Source of the DNA: a virus
Strand: one strand, 5' to 3'
IMG/VR virus record: IMGVR_UViG_3300037457_000038
Coordinates: 1 to 64,000 of that record
Length of the DNA stretch: 64,000 bases
A program made the position numbers and the translations under genes. Below are positions 63,241 to 64,000 of this stretch, in pieces. The first letter of the stretch is position 1. The number at the start of each line of letters is the position of its first letter. The notes under the pieces are model-generated. The model made no database searches. It was given only the letters and a program-made list of their open reading frames with translations, and was not told where the DNA came from.

Positions 63241-63408
63241 ATGACCATGTCGAAGCGTAGCGATCAGCCCAGCCCCGCCGACAGCCCCCGCGCGCCGATC
63301 GACGACTACCGCGCCGCGCAGGCCCAGCGGGAACAGAACGCCGCCGACAAGCGCGAGCAGCTCGGCCAAGCCCGCACCCACGGCAACGCCCAGGGCGGTA
63401 CGCGATGA
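63241..63408 (+). CDS. Small hypothetical protein
   Basis: RBS AGGAG; follows hairpin 63183-63216. Confidence 0.55.
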   Translation: MTMSKRSDQPSPADSPRAPIDDYRAAQAQREQNAADKREQLGQARTHGNAQGGTR

Positions 63409-63764
63409 CCACCGCTGCTCACCCCCGCGAAGGCGAACAGCCCCGACCCCACCCCGAACAGCCGCCGCCGCTGCCCCGACGCGAACCCGGAGGCTCACTG
63501 TGACCTGCTGCGGACGCCCCATGCAACGCCAAGGCAGCCAACTCGTCTGCACCAAATGCGGCGCCTGGTACCAGCCCGGAACCACTTCCGGGAGGCAGCA
63601 GTGACCAACTGCCCCCAATGCGGCGAAGCCACCGAAACCGGAGCCTGCCCACGCTGGGGATCACCCATCGGACACACCCCATAACCCACCACCGGCCCCG
63701 CACCTCACCGGGCGGGGACGGCAGGGAACCGGAACAGACCCGGGGCCACCACCAGGAGGACGAC

Positions 63765-63935
63765 ATGACCGACCACGAAAAGGCATACACCCGCGAGCTC
63801 AAAGCAGCAGAGGCGCAGCTGAACGAGCAGCTGAACAGCCAGAGCTCCCCGGACTACTCCCCCGCTGAACTGGCCCGCATCACAGAGAGCGCTGTGCTTG
63901 ACGCCCAGTTCCGGGCCAGCGAGGGAGAACGGTGA
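63765..63935 (+). CDS. Small hypothetical protein
   Basis: RBS AGGAGG. Confidence 0.6.
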   Translation: MTDHEKAYTRELKAAEAQLNEQLNSQSSPDYSPAELARITESAVLDAQFRASEGER

Positions 63936-64000
63936 CCTGCCCCAAGTGCGGCGCCCAGATGCGCCGCAAGGACGGGATCCCTTGGTGGATCTGCACCGAC

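Larger units (their letters stand above)
1..64000. mobile_element. Temperate siphophage genome (actinobacterial, probably Streptomyces), apparently in attP (excised/circular) configuration
   Basis: Complete packaging, head, tail, lysis, integration, immunity and replication modules; WhiB gene and very high GC; no host genes seen. Confidence 0.93.

Overview
High-GC actinobacterial (most likely Streptomyces) temperate siphophage; no host housekeeping genes are visible. The 3' half of a tRNA-Arg(UCU) sits beside a tyrosine integrase with phage genes on both sides, which points to an attP (excised or circular form) rather than a prophage edge. Layout: plasmid/AICE-like membrane 'spread/transfer' operon (1-4.4 kb); small accessory cassettes (4.4-7.7 kb); terminase and portal-MuF; an oppositely transcribed insert (12.3-15.4 kb); Clp protease, HK97-type capsid, tail and lysis genes (to 32.6 kb); DinD/RhuM-like and XRE cassettes; attP, integrase and immunity switch (36.8-39.5 kb); a long early arm with two replication modules (primase-helicase plus palindromic origin; initiator with iterons plus DnaC-like loader), two RusA-like genes, WhiB, HicA-like, CoiA-like and HNH genes; and an AlpA-like regulator with a perfect operator at the right end. 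Best candidates for something new: (1) an ATPase-less TraB-like membrane/wHTH protein in a Spd-like operon with clt-like repeats; (2) a 68-aa mini-protein directly after the portal that resembles the portal's own clip segment; (3) two paralogous RHH-operator cassettes; (4) a nested gene with an apparent ATC start; (5) an anticodon-less tRNA-like element. All family assignments come from recognising motifs by eye; no database search was run.
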